NCBI GenBank assembly: GCA_017608385.1
Contig: JAFCFZ010000004.1
Span: 2,253 to 66,252 of the forward strand
Reading direction: 5' to 3'
DNA from: Candidatus Parvarchaeota archaeon
Lineage (GTDB): Archaea > Nanobdellota > Nanobdellia > B33-G15
Length of the DNA stretch: 64,000 nucleotides
Shown: positions 7,917-17,404 of the stretch, piece after piece
How the letters are laid out: each line of letters begins with the position of its first letter
Position numbering within the stretch: position 1 is the first letter of the stretch
Translations under genes and position numbers: made by a program
The notes under the pieces: generated by a model
What the model was told of the DNA's origin: nothing
What the model saw: the letters and a program-made list of their open reading frames with translations, nothing else
The model's database searches: none

Positions 7917-10481
7917 TTATTCCCAGAATTTACGGGTCCTGAGGAATTTTCTCTCTGCTTTTATTATTCTTTTTATTAATTCTTTCTCGTTATCATAAGG
8001 TATTGAAAGCAGTCTTATTGCTGTTTGAGGACCTATTCCAAACCCAGCCATTGTAAAACAAGCATCTCTTCCATAATACATGTAAAGAGGAGAACTTTTC
8101 CTTAGTTTTTCTTTGGTTACCTTCTCTTTTTGATGTGAAGGAACAAAACCTAACAGTTTAGAACTACATTTATAACATTTTTTCGGGAGATTTTTCAAGC
8201 TGAAGGAACCTTGATTTTCCCAACAATTAGTACACTGAAAAAAGAACCTTTGACCTCTTAATCGGTTCCCTACTTTTTCTAGGATTTCTTTCTCATCGCT
8301 TATTTTGACATAACCTGGGACCCGGATAATTACATTTTCTGTCTCTTCACTCCATTCTCTTGCCTCAATAGGTCTATCAAGTAGTTTATCTAGTGATTTG
8401 ATATCCATTTTATCGAAGAAGATTTCACGGAACGTTTCTTCAACAACAGGACTATTCTTGAAAATTTTGATTAATCTTCTTATTCTGAAATTATTCAACT
8501 CCGCAGCCTTTTTTATAATTCCAAACCTTCTTGCAATGTGCCAAAATCTATAAGCAAAAAGTGAAGAATTGGGTAAAGAAGTCTTCAAAACACCCCCAAT
8601 CCAATTTTTAGACTTTAGAAATTTCCTGATTTTTTCTTTTTTTATTCCCGGACCTTTGAGTACGATTAAATATGGATCTGTTTTAACACCAACAGAAGTT
8701 CCTATGTCTTGTGAAATCAAAGCACCCAGTGCTTCCCCTAATGCTGTGTTGGCTTTTGATCCAAACCAAGTATATAGAACAAGGAACTTTCCTTTCTGTT
8801 CCATATAAATTTTCTTACCTGTTTTCCTGATTCTTGCGAATTCTTGTGCTATTTCAAAAGAAACAGGAATTAATTCTCCTTCCCAAGAAGGAATTGAACC
8901 TTTATCACTCTCGGTTCTTATAACAAGGATATTGTTCTTTTTGATATCAGTTACTCTCCATGTTCTACCATTCATTATGAATTTTGAACTAGGATTGATA
9001 TGTTGAACCACAAAACCTTGATGAAGAATTCCAACTCTTGCTCTATTTTGTTCATCAATAACAAAAAAATTCTTTTCATCTGGAATCATACTTAAGTTAG
9101 CAAAATAATATTCCAAACCCTTTCTAGTTCTGTAGATTTTTTCTTTGGCAAACCCAATATGACCTATTCTATACATTAAATCAATGATCTTTTTGAATTC
9201 AGTTTTTTCCAGGTTTCTAAAAACATATGATTTCTTTATGCTGTTAAATAGAAAATCTTCATCCACTTCTTTTAGATCCATACAAAAACCAACTATTTGA
9301 TGACAGAGAACATCATAAGGAAGCTCTATCATTTGACTATCCTCTAACCAACCTTTTTTTATTTTATTGACTATTGCAGTAGCTTCTGTGTAATCGTTTT
9401 GGTTTGGAGTTATTATAACTCCTTTTGAGACTCTTCCTACCCTATGTCCACTCCTCCCAACTCTTTGAACTATCTTAGTTACTTGTCTTGGAGACCTATA
9501 TTGCACAATGGAGTCAACATGACCAATATCAATTCCTAATTCCAAAGAACTTGTAGCTATTATTCCTTTTAATTCACCTAGCTTCATACGGTCCTCTGCA
9601 GATATTCTTATTTCTTTACTTAAGCTTGAATGATGCACTTCTACATCATTTCTCAAAGACTTAAGTTTTGTTCCTAATAATTCGGCAGCTTCCCTAGTAT
9701 TGGTAAAAATTATTGTACTCTTACTATTATCAAGTATCTCAGAAATTCTTCTTATTGCATGAGCTGTTTGAGAACCAACAAATAGTTGTTGTCCTAAAAT
9801 AATGTCTTCCTTGGTTGGTTTAGCTTTCTCAACATTAATCTCATATTTTTTTAGACTTTTTTCTTCAACAATTATACATTTTTTAGAGAGAAATTTAGAA
9901 ACTTTTTCCTTGTTTCCTACTGTTGCACTTAAACCAACTATTTGAAAATCCTTTGAAAGAACGCGTAATCTTTCCAATCCTAATGACAATTGAGCTCCTC
10001 TTTTGTTATTAACCATTTCATGGATTTCATCAACCACAACTGCCTTCAATTTTTTTAGGTGCTCTCTCAAATTTTTCCCAATTAGTAATGCTTGCAGTGT
10101 TTCAGGAGTTGTAATTAATACATCTGGGGGAATTTTAGATTGAGTAGCTCTAACACTTTTTTTAGTATCTCCATGTCTAATATCTACTTCCATCCAAATT
10201 CTTGAACCTAATTCAGAGATTCTTCTTAGAATATCTCTATTTAATGCTTTGAGTGGACAAATATACAATATTTTTATTCCTCTTTCTTTGATTCCAGAAT
10301 ACTTGTTAAAAAGAGGAAGAACAGCAGCTAAAGTTTTCCCATGACCAGTAGGAGCAGTTATTAAAACATCTTTTCCATTATTAATCTCCTTGAAAACCTT
10401 CTTCTGAATAATCGTTTCTTCTTCAAAACCCTCTATTTTGAGCCAATCCTTTATTTCTTTTTTTAATTCTTTAAATGCCAT
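7917..10481 (-). CDS. lhr: Lhr-type superfamily-2 ATP-dependent helicase (DEAH)
   Basis: Motif I ITAPTGHGKT, motif II VVDEIHEM, SAT motif GLSATVGN, and a long Lhr-like C-terminal domain. 854 aa. Confidence 0.85.
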   Translation of the reverse strand: MAFKELKKEIKDWLKIEGFEEETIIQKKVFKEINNGKDVLITAPTGHGKTLAAVLPLFNKYSGIKERGIKILYICPLKALNRDILRRISELGSRIWMEVDIRHGDTKKSVRATQSKIPPDVLITTPETLQALLIGKNLREHLKKLKAVVVDEIHEMVNNKRGAQLSLGLERLRVLSKDFQIVGLSATVGNKEKVSKFLSKKCIIVEEKSLKKYEINVEKAKPTKEDIILGQQLFVGSQTAHAIRRISEILDNSKSTIIFTNTREAAELLGTKLKSLRNDVEVHHSSLSKEIRISAEDRMKLGELKGIIATSSLELGIDIGHVDSIVQYRSPRQVTKIVQRVGRSGHRVGRVSKGVIITPNQNDYTEATAIVNKIKKGWLEDSQMIELPYDVLCHQIVGFCMDLKEVDEDFLFNSIKKSYVFRNLEKTEFKKIIDLMYRIGHIGFAKEKIYRTRKGLEYYFANLSMIPDEKNFFVIDEQNRARVGILHQGFVVQHINPSSKFIMNGRTWRVTDIKKNNILVIRTESDKGSIPSWEGELIPVSFEIAQEFARIRKTGKKIYMEQKGKFLVLYTWFGSKANTALGEALGALISQDIGTSVGVKTDPYLIVLKGPGIKKEKIRKFLKSKNWIGGVLKTSLPNSSLFAYRFWHIARRFGIIKKAAELNNFRIRRLIKIFKNSPVVEETFREIFFDKMDIKSLDKLLDRPIEAREWSEETENVIIRVPGYVKISDEKEILEKVGNRLRGQRFFFQCTNCWENQGSFSLKNLPKKCYKCSSKLLGFVPSHQKEKVTKEKLRKSSPLYMYYGRDACFTMAGFGIGPQTAIRLLSIPYDNEKELIKRIIKAERKFLRTRKFWE

Positions 10482-10519
10482 GGAAAACTAATATAAGAAA
10501 GAACCTCGTCTTTTAAATT

Positions 10520-11683
10520 ATGATATCTGTGCTCAACAATGTAAAAAAACAACTTCCGAACAAGAAACAGGAAGCTTCTTTGAAAAAAGAGATAGATGGC
10601 TTTGTAAATAAATTAGAGAAGAACATAAAAAAGAATAATTTGAAGGCAGACGTTTTTGTGGGAGGATCTTGGGCTAAAGGAACATGGTTACATAATCCAG
10701 ATGTGGACCTTTTCTTAAGATTTGATAAAGAATCTGACATAAAAAAAGCAATTAAGATATTTGGAACTTCAAAATATGAGACTATTCATGGTTCTAGAGA
10801 TTATTACAAAATAGGTAATTTTGAGATTGTACCAATATTAAAGATAAAAAAATCATCAGAAGCAAAGAATATCACCGACATCTCTCCATTTCACATAGAT
10901 TATGTTGATAAAAACCTCAAATCAAAAGATGATGTTAAATTATTGAAACTTTTTTGTAAATCAGCAGGAGTTTATGGTGCAGAAAGTCATGTAGCTGGTT
11001 TTTCTGGATATGTTTTGGAATTATTAGTAATAAAATATGGAAATATATTGAAACTATTCAAGGCAGTTCAAAAGTGGATTCCTAAAGTTGAGATAGATTT
11101 TGGAAAAAAAGGAATGCTTTCAGAAGCAAAGACAAAATCACCTTTAATTATTCATGATCCTACTCTTCCTGGAAGAAATGCAGCAGCAGGTCTTGATTAT
11201 AGCTCTTTTTCTAAATTTGTATTTAAAGTTAAAGAATTTGTTAGAAAGCCAAGCAAGGAATTTTTTATTATTAAAACCATAACAAAAAAAGAGCTAGCTT
11301 TAAATTCAAAGAAAAGGGGAACTAAGCTTTTTTCAAAAGAATTGGTGATTAAAGGAAATAAAGGAGTTTTTCTTTCAAAACTAAAAAAAGATTTGAAGAG
11401 AGTAAAGAGTAAGATGGAGAAATTAGGTTTTTCAATCTATGATTTTGGATTTTTTGAAAAAGGAAGAAAGGCAATTATCTTTTTTGAGTTACAGACATGG
11501 GAAACTTCCAAAAAAAGAACACATTTTGGACCCCCTGTTTGGGTTTCTAAAAAATATTTAGAAGAGTTTATTTCAAAGTGGAAGAAGATTTATGTTAAGG
11601 ACAATAGATTAGCCACAGATATTAAAAGAGAAAGCAATGGAATTAAAGTACTTAAAAAAATAATGAAAGAGTATAAACTATGA
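10520..11683 (+). CDS. cca: CCA-adding enzyme (archaeal class I tRNA nucleotidyltransferase)
   Basis: VFVGGSWAKGTWLHNPDVDLFLRF matches the archaeal CCA catalytic core (GS..G.WL...D.D). Length about 390 aa. Confidence 0.85.
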   Translation: MISVLNNVKKQLPNKKQEASLKKEIDGFVNKLEKNIKKNNLKADVFVGGSWAKGTWLHNPDVDLFLRFDKESDIKKAIKIFGTSKYETIHGSRDYYKIGNFEIVPILKIKKSSEAKNITDISPFHIDYVDKNLKSKDDVKLLKLFCKSAGVYGAESHVAGFSGYVLELLVIKYGNILKLFKAVQKWIPKVEIDFGKKGMLSEAKTKSPLIIHDPTLPGRNAAAGLDYSSFSKFVFKVKEFVRKPSKEFFIIKTITKKELALNSKKRGTKLFSKELVIKGNKGVFLSKLKKDLKRVKSKMEKLGFSIYDFGFFEKGRKAIIFFELQTWETSKKRTHFGPPVWVSKKYLEEFISKWKKIYVKDNRLATDIKRESNGIKVLKKIMKEYKL

Positions 11684-12543
11684 ATGAATTCCTCACAGAA
11701 AGATATAAAGAACTTCTTGGAAAAGATTTTCGAATTCTCGAAAGAGATATGGAAAAACCTTGTCCCAGATATATCAGGGTTAACACTTTAAGAATAGGAG
11801 AAAGAGAACTAAAAAAAAGACTTGAAGAAAAAGAATATGTTCTAAGGAAAAAAATGAATAATTGTTTTAGAATAATTTCTTCAAGAATTTCTCCAGGAGC
11901 AACAATAGAACATTTATCAGGATATTATATGGTTCAAGATTGGACCTCTTTATTACCTCCTCTTTGTTTGGAGCCAGAAGGACTAGTATGGGATATGTGT
12001 GCTTCTCCAGGAGGGAAAACCTCTCATTTATCTGAGTTGATGAGGAATAAAGGAGTTTTATTGGCAACAGATAAAGGTAGGATGAGAGCACTTTTTTATA
12101 ATACAATGAGAATGTGTTGTTCTAATGTTATCATTTACAAAAGAGATGCAAAATCAATTGATTTTGAATTTGATAAAATTTTATTAGATGCTCCTTGTAC
12201 CGGAACAGGTATGATACGAAAAACCAAACATGTTTCTGATATTAGTCAAGGAGAAATAGATTATTTAAGCAATATTCAGAAGAAACTCATTGAAAAAGCT
12301 ATTTCCTCTTTAAAGGAAGGAGGCACACTTGTTTATTCTACTTGTTCTATGGAGCCGGAAGAGAATGAAATGATAGTTCAACACGCACTTAATAACGGAA
12401 TGAAAATAGAAGAGACAGGATTTGGGAATACAGGAATAGTAGATCCATTTGGATATGAGTTAGATAAAGATATTAAAAAAACAACAAGAATTTGGCCAAA
12501 TGAAAGTACTGGTTTCTTTGTTGCAAAGCTGGTGAAAAAATGA
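11680..12543 (+). CDS. NOL1/NOP2/Sun family RNA (cytosine-C5)-methyltransferase
   Basis: DMCASPGGKTSHL (SAM-binding), LLDAPCTGTG and LVYSTCS catalytic Cys motifs. Confidence 0.85.
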   Translation: MNEFLTERYKELLGKDFRILERDMEKPCPRYIRVNTLRIGERELKKRLEEKEYVLRKKMNNCFRIISSRISPGATIEHLSGYYMVQDWTSLLPPLCLEPEGLVWDMCASPGGKTSHLSELMRNKGVLLATDKGRMRALFYNTMRMCCSNVIIYKRDAKSIDFEFDKILLDAPCTGTGMIRKTKHVSDISQGEIDYLSNIQKKLIEKAISSLKEGGTLVYSTCSMEPEENEMIVQHALNNGMKIEETGFGNTGIVDPFGYELDKDIKKTTRIWPNESTGFFVAKLVKK

Positions 12544-12899
12544 AAATAAAATGCGAAGCAGGAGAATTTGAAATAAATGAAGACATGAAAAAGATTATTG
12601 ATAAGTTTGGAACTCCATTTGCGGCTGGGATATTTTTGAAACAAAAGAATCCCTCTATACAAGAAATAATGATGAAGAAATTAGATATTCCTAAAATAAT
12701 AGTTAATAAGATGGGGGAAAAAAATTTCATATATGGAAAAGATATTCTCAACGAATCAATTATAAAAAAAGAGACAGATTCTGGAAAAGTAATTGTTTGC
12801 AATGAAAAGGGAGATAAATTAGGAATAGGAGAATTTGAGGAAGATATTGTTAAGAATCTTGCAGATATTGGAATTTATCTAAGAAAAGAAAAATCATAA
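12540..12899 (+). CDS. PUA-like RNA-binding domain protein (Nip7-like), translationally coupled to the Nop2/Sun gene
   Basis: ATGA overlap with the upstream methyltransferase. Beta-rich segment KVIVCNEKGDKLGIGEF. A PUA domain is commonly fused or adjacent to archaeal Nop2/Sun proteins. Confidence 0.45.
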   Translation: MKIKCEAGEFEINEDMKKIIDKFGTPFAAGIFLKQKNPSIQEIMMKKLDIPKIIVNKMGEKNFIYGKDILNESIIKKETDSGKVIVCNEKGDKLGIGEFEEDIVKNLADIGIYLRKEKS

Positions 12900-13535
12900 T
12901 AGTTTAGTCATATCCGTTAAGATTATTTCTTCTCTTTTCAGTTCTTTTGAAAAAGGACCTATTAATTCAGAAGACCCATAAAACGATTCATTGAAAACAG
13001 GCACAATAATTACTTTTTTCTCTTTCCATCTACCAATTATCCAGCAGCTTTTACTGTGTCTGTGTCCTAAATGGTCTCTCCATTTGTAACTAGGATGAAT
13101 ATGTGCCATAACAATACATTTAGTTTTTTCCATAAATTCTTTTGATGGAAGAGCATGCCCATGAATAAAACCAACATTATCAAGAACAAATTCCTTTTTC
13201 ACATCAATTTTTACCAAATCTTCTATTCTTCCATCATGATTTCCTTTTATCAAAACCACTTCCTCAAAAAACTCATCCAATTTTCTAACAAAAAATGGGA
13301 TTTCTCTTTTTTCTTGAGAACTCATATTTGGAACAGCATGTTTTAGATCTCCAAGAATAATCAATTTTGTAGATTTTGTTTTTTTAGCCATTTTTTTGAT
13401 GGATTCCAACATTTTTCCTGTTTGACTTGGAACATTATATCCTTTTTCTCCTAATTCATGTTCAAAACCAAGATGTAAATCTCCGATTACTAAATACTCT
13501 TTAAACCGTAAAAATCTGTTTTCAAACATGAACAT
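12894..13535 (-). CDS. Calcineurin-like metallophosphoesterase
   Basis: Motifs VIGDLHLG, ILGDLKH, GNHD and GHAL/HIHP. Confidence 0.75.
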   Translation of the reverse strand: MFMFENRFLRFKEYLVIGDLHLGFEHELGEKGYNVPSQTGKMLESIKKMAKKTKSTKLIILGDLKHAVPNMSSQEKREIPFFVRKLDEFFEEVVLIKGNHDGRIEDLVKIDVKKEFVLDNVGFIHGHALPSKEFMEKTKCIVMAHIHPSYKWRDHLGHRHSKSCWIIGRWKEKKVIIVPVFNESFYGSSELIGPFSKELKREEIILTDMTKLL

Positions 13536-13572
13536 ATTAAGTTTTTTAAAACGAAAAAGAGTTTAATTCTTT

Positions 13573-14073
13573 ATGGATTGTCTATTTTGCAACATTGTTT
13601 CAGGAAAAGTTCCTAGTTTGAAGTTATTTGAAGATGATTTATTTCTAGCAATTTTGGATATAAAGCCTGGAAATCCTGGGCACTTCATTGTTTTTCCTAA
13701 AAAACATATACCCTTTCTTACAGAGATGGAACCAAAACAAAGGGGAGTTCTTTTTAACATAGCAACAGAAATTGGCAAGAGAATGGTTTCAATGGTAGAA
13801 GCTGAAGGATTTAATATTGTTTATTCGGCAGGAACTGTTGCTGGTCAAATAACCCCCCATATGCTTGTTCATGTTATTCCAAGATTCAAAGATGATAAGG
13901 TCGATATAAAATGGGAACCAGTTCAAGTTTCTGAAGAAATGTACAAGAAATTAATATCTGCTTTTTCTGGAACAGAAGAGAAGAAAGAGGAAAAGAAGGA
14001 AGAACCACCAGAGGAAAAAAATGAATTTGATGAGCTTCCTCAGATTAAAAGAAGATCACCAAGATATTGGTAA
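13573..14073 (+). CDS. HIT-family (histidine triad) protein with a degenerate triad and a K/E-rich C-terminal tail
   Basis: N-terminal CLFCNIV zinc motif. The triad region reads PHMLVHVIPR, i.e. H-x-L-x-H rather than H-x-H-x-H. The tail is EEKKEEKKEEPPEE. Confidence 0.7.
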   Translation: MDCLFCNIVSGKVPSLKLFEDDLFLAILDIKPGNPGHFIVFPKKHIPFLTEMEPKQRGVLFNIATEIGKRMVSMVEAEGFNIVYSAGTVAGQITPHMLVHVIPRFKDDKVDIKWEPVQVSEEMYKKLISAFSGTEEKKEEKKEEPPEEKNEFDELPQIKRRSPRYW

Positions 14074-14871
14074 GAAATAAACTCCTGCCCAAGTAACTAT
14101 CAAGCTTATTAGGAATGCAGGAAGAAATGGCACACCTTCTTTTATCTTTACTTTTTTAATTTTCATTTTATTTATTTTTTTGATATCTCCTATAGTTAGT
14201 CCCTCTCCTCTTTTAGGGATGCCTTTGATGTCTTCAATTAACCAATCCCCTTCAGTTAATTTTGAAGGATGCACTCCCTTGGTAAAACAAACTTCTTCCG
14301 CTTGTTTGAAAAATGGAATTCCGAAACCTGCAAGAAAGGTTAAAGGAATTAGAAGGGAAATAGAAGTAGGTAAATCTTTTAATAGAACCATAAAAATAAT
14401 TCCCAAGAAAGCACCAATTATCAGCATCAATTTCCTTATTTTTTCAATTCCGCCCATTACCAATCCCTTTCCAATTGTAAAGAGAACAGTGTAAAGGGTT
14501 CCAAATATGATTAAATTCATGAAAAAATTAATGAAAAAACCCATGCCTAACAAACCCATTTCTCTTGAAGGAAAAAATCCTAATAACCATGCAGCAGCTA
14601 TCATTAGTTTAACATCTCCTCCACCCCACTGGCCTGTTTTATACAGTAAATAGGAGAAAATACCAAATAATAATGAAACAAGTGCAGGAATAGTTAATAC
14701 AGAAATAAAGAGTTCGTCAGGAAATAAGGAAGCAGACCATAGAATTCGATATAAAACACCTAATCCAATTAATGAGTAACTTAAATAGTCAGGAACCTCT
14801 CTTGTTTTTAAGTCAGATATGGATGCAAGTGAAAAACCTATTAATGACACAAAAAATAGCATTTCTTCCAT
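14056..14871 (-). CDS. A24-family prepilin/preflagellin peptidase (PibD/FlaK-like)
   Basis: Polytopic protein with catalytic Asp motifs SDLKTREVPD and GGGDVKLM. It overlaps the HIT gene 3' end convergently by 18 nt. Confidence 0.8.
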   Translation of the reverse strand: MEEMLFFVSLIGFSLASISDLKTREVPDYLSYSLIGLGVLYRILWSASLFPDELFISVLTIPALVSLLFGIFSYLLYKTGQWGGGDVKLMIAAAWLLGFFPSREMGLLGMGFFINFFMNLIIFGTLYTVLFTIGKGLVMGGIEKIRKLMLIIGAFLGIIFMVLLKDLPTSISLLIPLTFLAGFGIPFFKQAEEVCFTKGVHPSKLTEGDWLIEDIKGIPKRGEGLTIGDIKKINKMKIKKVKIKEGVPFLPAFLISLIVTWAGVYFLPISW

Positions 14872-14921
14872 GAGATAACAAAATCAAAAAAGATTAATAA
14901 TGTTTCTTATAAGTCTAAATT

Positions 14922-15626
14922 ATGCTTTACTTAATAGGAACAGGACTTCATGACTTCAAAGATATGAGTTTGAGGGCCTTCGAAATATTAGAAAAATGTG
15001 ATAGAATCTTTCTAGAGAATTATACTTCTCCACAAAATATTGATTTGGCCTCTTTGGAAAAGAGATTAGGGAAGAAAATTCAAAGTCTTTCAAGAGAAGA
15101 GGTGGAAAGTTCTGAATTAATTTATAAAAAAAACACAGCACTTCTTGTTATAGGGGACCCATTAGTAGCAACAACACATCAAGAAATAGTAAACACTGCT
15201 GAAAAAAAAGGAATTTCTGTGAAAATAATTCATTCTTCTTCAATTGTTTCAGCTATTTGTGAAACAGGACTACATATTTACAAATTTGGAAAGATAACAA
15301 GTATCCCATTTACTCAAAAAGATTTCAAGCCAAAGAGCCCATGCAATATTATCAAACAAAACATTTCGATTAATGCACACTCTCTCATTCTTTTAGATAT
15401 TGGAATGAATTTTAAAGAGGCAATAGGTTTTATTCTTGATAATTGTGATTTTATAAATGAAAAGACGAAAGCAATGGTTTGTGCTGATCTTGGAGGAAAA
15501 TCGATTATTATTTCTGGAGATATAGGAGAATTAAAGGATAAGGAAATAAAAGAACAACCACAAGTTTTAATTATCCCTGCAGAAATGCATTTTACAGAGG
15601 AGGACTCCTTTAACAAATTTAGGTGA
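14922..15626 (+). CDS. dphB: Diphthine synthase (Dph5)
   Basis: MLYLIGTGLHDFKDMSLRAFEIL...IFLENYTS and VIGDPLVATTH match the tetrapyrrole-methylase fold diphthine synthase. Confidence 0.9.
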   Translation: MLYLIGTGLHDFKDMSLRAFEILEKCDRIFLENYTSPQNIDLASLEKRLGKKIQSLSREEVESSELIYKKNTALLVIGDPLVATTHQEIVNTAEKKGISVKIIHSSSIVSAICETGLHIYKFGKITSIPFTQKDFKPKSPCNIIKQNISINAHSLILLDIGMNFKEAIGFILDNCDFINEKTKAMVCADLGGKSIIISGDIGELKDKEIKEQPQVLIIPAEMHFTEEDSFNKFR

Positions 15627-15630
15627 TATT

Positions 15631-15825
15631 ATGGGTAAAAGAAGTAGGGGAAAAACAGTATCAGTTTCCTGTGATAAATGTGGTATGAGGGTTTCAAGAG
15701 CAAAAGCACATATAGTCTATAGAAGAACAGGAAAGAACTATTATTGTGTAAGATGTTCTAAAAGAGCTAAATTAACAGGAAAGGGGAGAATTATAGACAG
15801 ATCAGGACCTAGAAGAAAGGAATAA
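15631..15825 (+). CDS. Small C4 zinc-ribbon protein (TRASH/L24e-like), co-transcribed with dphB
   Basis: CDKCG...x21...CVRCSKR with a basic tail. It starts 5 nt after the dphB stop. Confidence 0.35.
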   Translation: MGKRSRGKTVSVSCDKCGMRVSRAKAHIVYRRTGKNYYCVRCSKRAKLTGKGRIIDRSGPRRKE

Positions 15826-16620
15826 ATCTAATACTAAATGTTCAACTCTTGGTCCATATTTTTTAATTCTGTTCTTTTTGAAAGAGTCTAAACTGAATTT
15901 TTTTTGATTAATAATTGACTCAATTAAATCTATTTTATTTTGAAGATCTTTGTCCACATCATGAGTTGTATGATAAAATATTGTTCCATTATCTTTAATG
16001 GAATCAAGTGCAATGTTTAGAAATGATTCTGGGGTTGGTAAGAGTCCCATAATAATATTATCTGCAATTATTTTTTTGCTTTTTAAAACATCTTTACAAT
16101 CTCCTAGGTACGTTTGAATATTTGATTTATTAATTTCAACATTTTTTACAAGAAATTTATATGATTCTGGATTTTTTTCAATTGAATGAACAATCTTGGT
16201 GTTTTTGTTCTTAGAGCAAGGAATGGAAAAATATCCTATCCCTGCAAACATATCTAAAATAACTCCTCCAGCAACCTTTTTCATTCTTAATCTCTCTTTA
16301 GTATTACCTTTAGATAACATAACCGTTGTAACATCAAGAAAATAATCACATCCATTCTCCTTGTGGATTGTTTCAGTCCCATTTCCAGCTAAAACACATA
16401 TATTTGGTTTCCTAAACTCACCAGATATTTTTGATTTGTTAAGACAAACAGTTTTTATCCTTGGAAAAAGATTCATTGTTTCCTTTGCGATCTTCGTCTT
16501 ATTAGGTAATAATTTTTCAGGAAGATTGAGAATAGCAATTTCTCCTATTGTTTGAAACCCTTTTGGAATTTCTTTAATAGGAATATTCAATTTTTTTGAA
16601 ATACTTTTTTGCCATCTCAT
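15802..16620 (-). CDS. Trm5/Taw2-family tRNA methyltransferase (Met-10+ like), paralog A
   Basis: VLAGNGTETIHKENGCDYFLDV and ILDMFAGIGYFSIP (SAM-binding). Confidence 0.8.
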   Translation of the reverse strand: MRWQKSISKKLNIPIKEIPKGFQTIGEIAILNLPEKLLPNKTKIAKETMNLFPRIKTVCLNKSKISGEFRKPNICVLAGNGTETIHKENGCDYFLDVTTVMLSKGNTKERLRMKKVAGGVILDMFAGIGYFSIPCSKNKNTKIVHSIEKNPESYKFLVKNVEINKSNIQTYLGDCKDVLKSKKIIADNIIMGLLPTPESFLNIALDSIKDNGTIFYHTTHDVDKDLQNKIDLIESIINQKKFSLDSFKKNRIKKYGPRVEHLVLDLFLSSRS

Positions 16621-17375
16621 TTTTTCATCAAATCATATGCTACTCTAAAAACCCCAGGAGCAATATCCCCACAAAGATTTCTTGAAATCAGCTTCAATCT
16701 CTTATCTATTTTTATTCTATCCTCTTTTTCAAAACAGTATAAATGGATAATTCCTCCCTTTTTTACAGAATTAATCGCAATATCTAGGAAATTTATGGCT
16801 CCTTTTGGAAAATTCATAATTACTCTATCAAAACTTTTTAGATCTTGTTTTTTGATTATTTTTTTACAATCTCCTACAAAGGAACTTAATTGAACTTTGT
16901 TTAATTTTGCGTTTTCTTTTAGATATTTTATAGCAGGAGGATTGATATCAATAGCATAAACATTTGATTTTTTTGCAGCAGGAATAGCATAAGGTCCTAT
17001 TCCAGCAAACATATCAAGGACCTTTTCATCCTTTTTTATCTGATTAATAACTCTTAACCTTTCATTTTGCATTCTTGGAGTGAAAAATACTTTTTTCACA
17101 TCTAATTTGAAAGAAAAACCATTCTCCTTGTGGATTGTTTCAGTCCCATTTCCTAATACTTTGACAATTTTTGGAATTCTTTCCTCTCCTTCTATTTTTC
17201 CAATCTTTTTACAAACGGTTTTAACATGTTTGTGAATATCCATCAAAACAGAAGCTACTTTTTTTTGTCCCTTAAATTTATCAGGAAACTGAATAATTAT
17301 TACATCTCCAATAATGTCAAAGCTACTACCTATGTCTTGAATTCCTAATTCTTCCAATTTATCTTTGAGTTTCAT
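16617..17375 (-). CDS. Trm5/Taw2-family tRNA methyltransferase (Met-10+ like), paralog B
   Basis: VLGNGTETIHKENGFSFKLDV and VLDMFAGIGPYAIP. It is in tandem with paralog A and shares a 35-nt identical stretch with it. Confidence 0.8.
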   Translation of the reverse strand: MKLKDKLEELGIQDIGSSFDIIGDVIIIQFPDKFKGQKKVASVLMDIHKHVKTVCKKIGKIEGEERIPKIVKVLGNGTETIHKENGFSFKLDVKKVFFTPRMQNERLRVINQIKKDEKVLDMFAGIGPYAIPAAKKSNVYAIDINPPAIKYLKENAKLNKVQLSSFVGDCKKIIKKQDLKSFDRVIMNFPKGAINFLDIAINSVKKGGIIHLYCFEKEDRIKIDKRLKLISRNLCGDIAPGVFRVAYDLMKK

Positions 17376-17404
17376 TAGAAAAATGAAAAGTCATTGAAAT
17401 AAAA

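Noticed and set aside
7917-13535. Lhr helicase plus metallophosphoesterase as an Lhr-MPE operon
   Set aside because: In bacteria Lhr is often co-operonic with an MPE. Here the MPE (12894..13535) is three genes away and on the opposite strand, so no operon is supported.
15631-15825. Confident assignment of the 64-aa zinc-ribbon ORF as ribosomal protein L24e
   Set aside because: The Cys spacing (C-x2-C ... C-x2-C) and the basic tail differ from the L24e consensus (C-x2-C ... C-x3-C). It is kept as a generic zinc-ribbon protein with low confidence.
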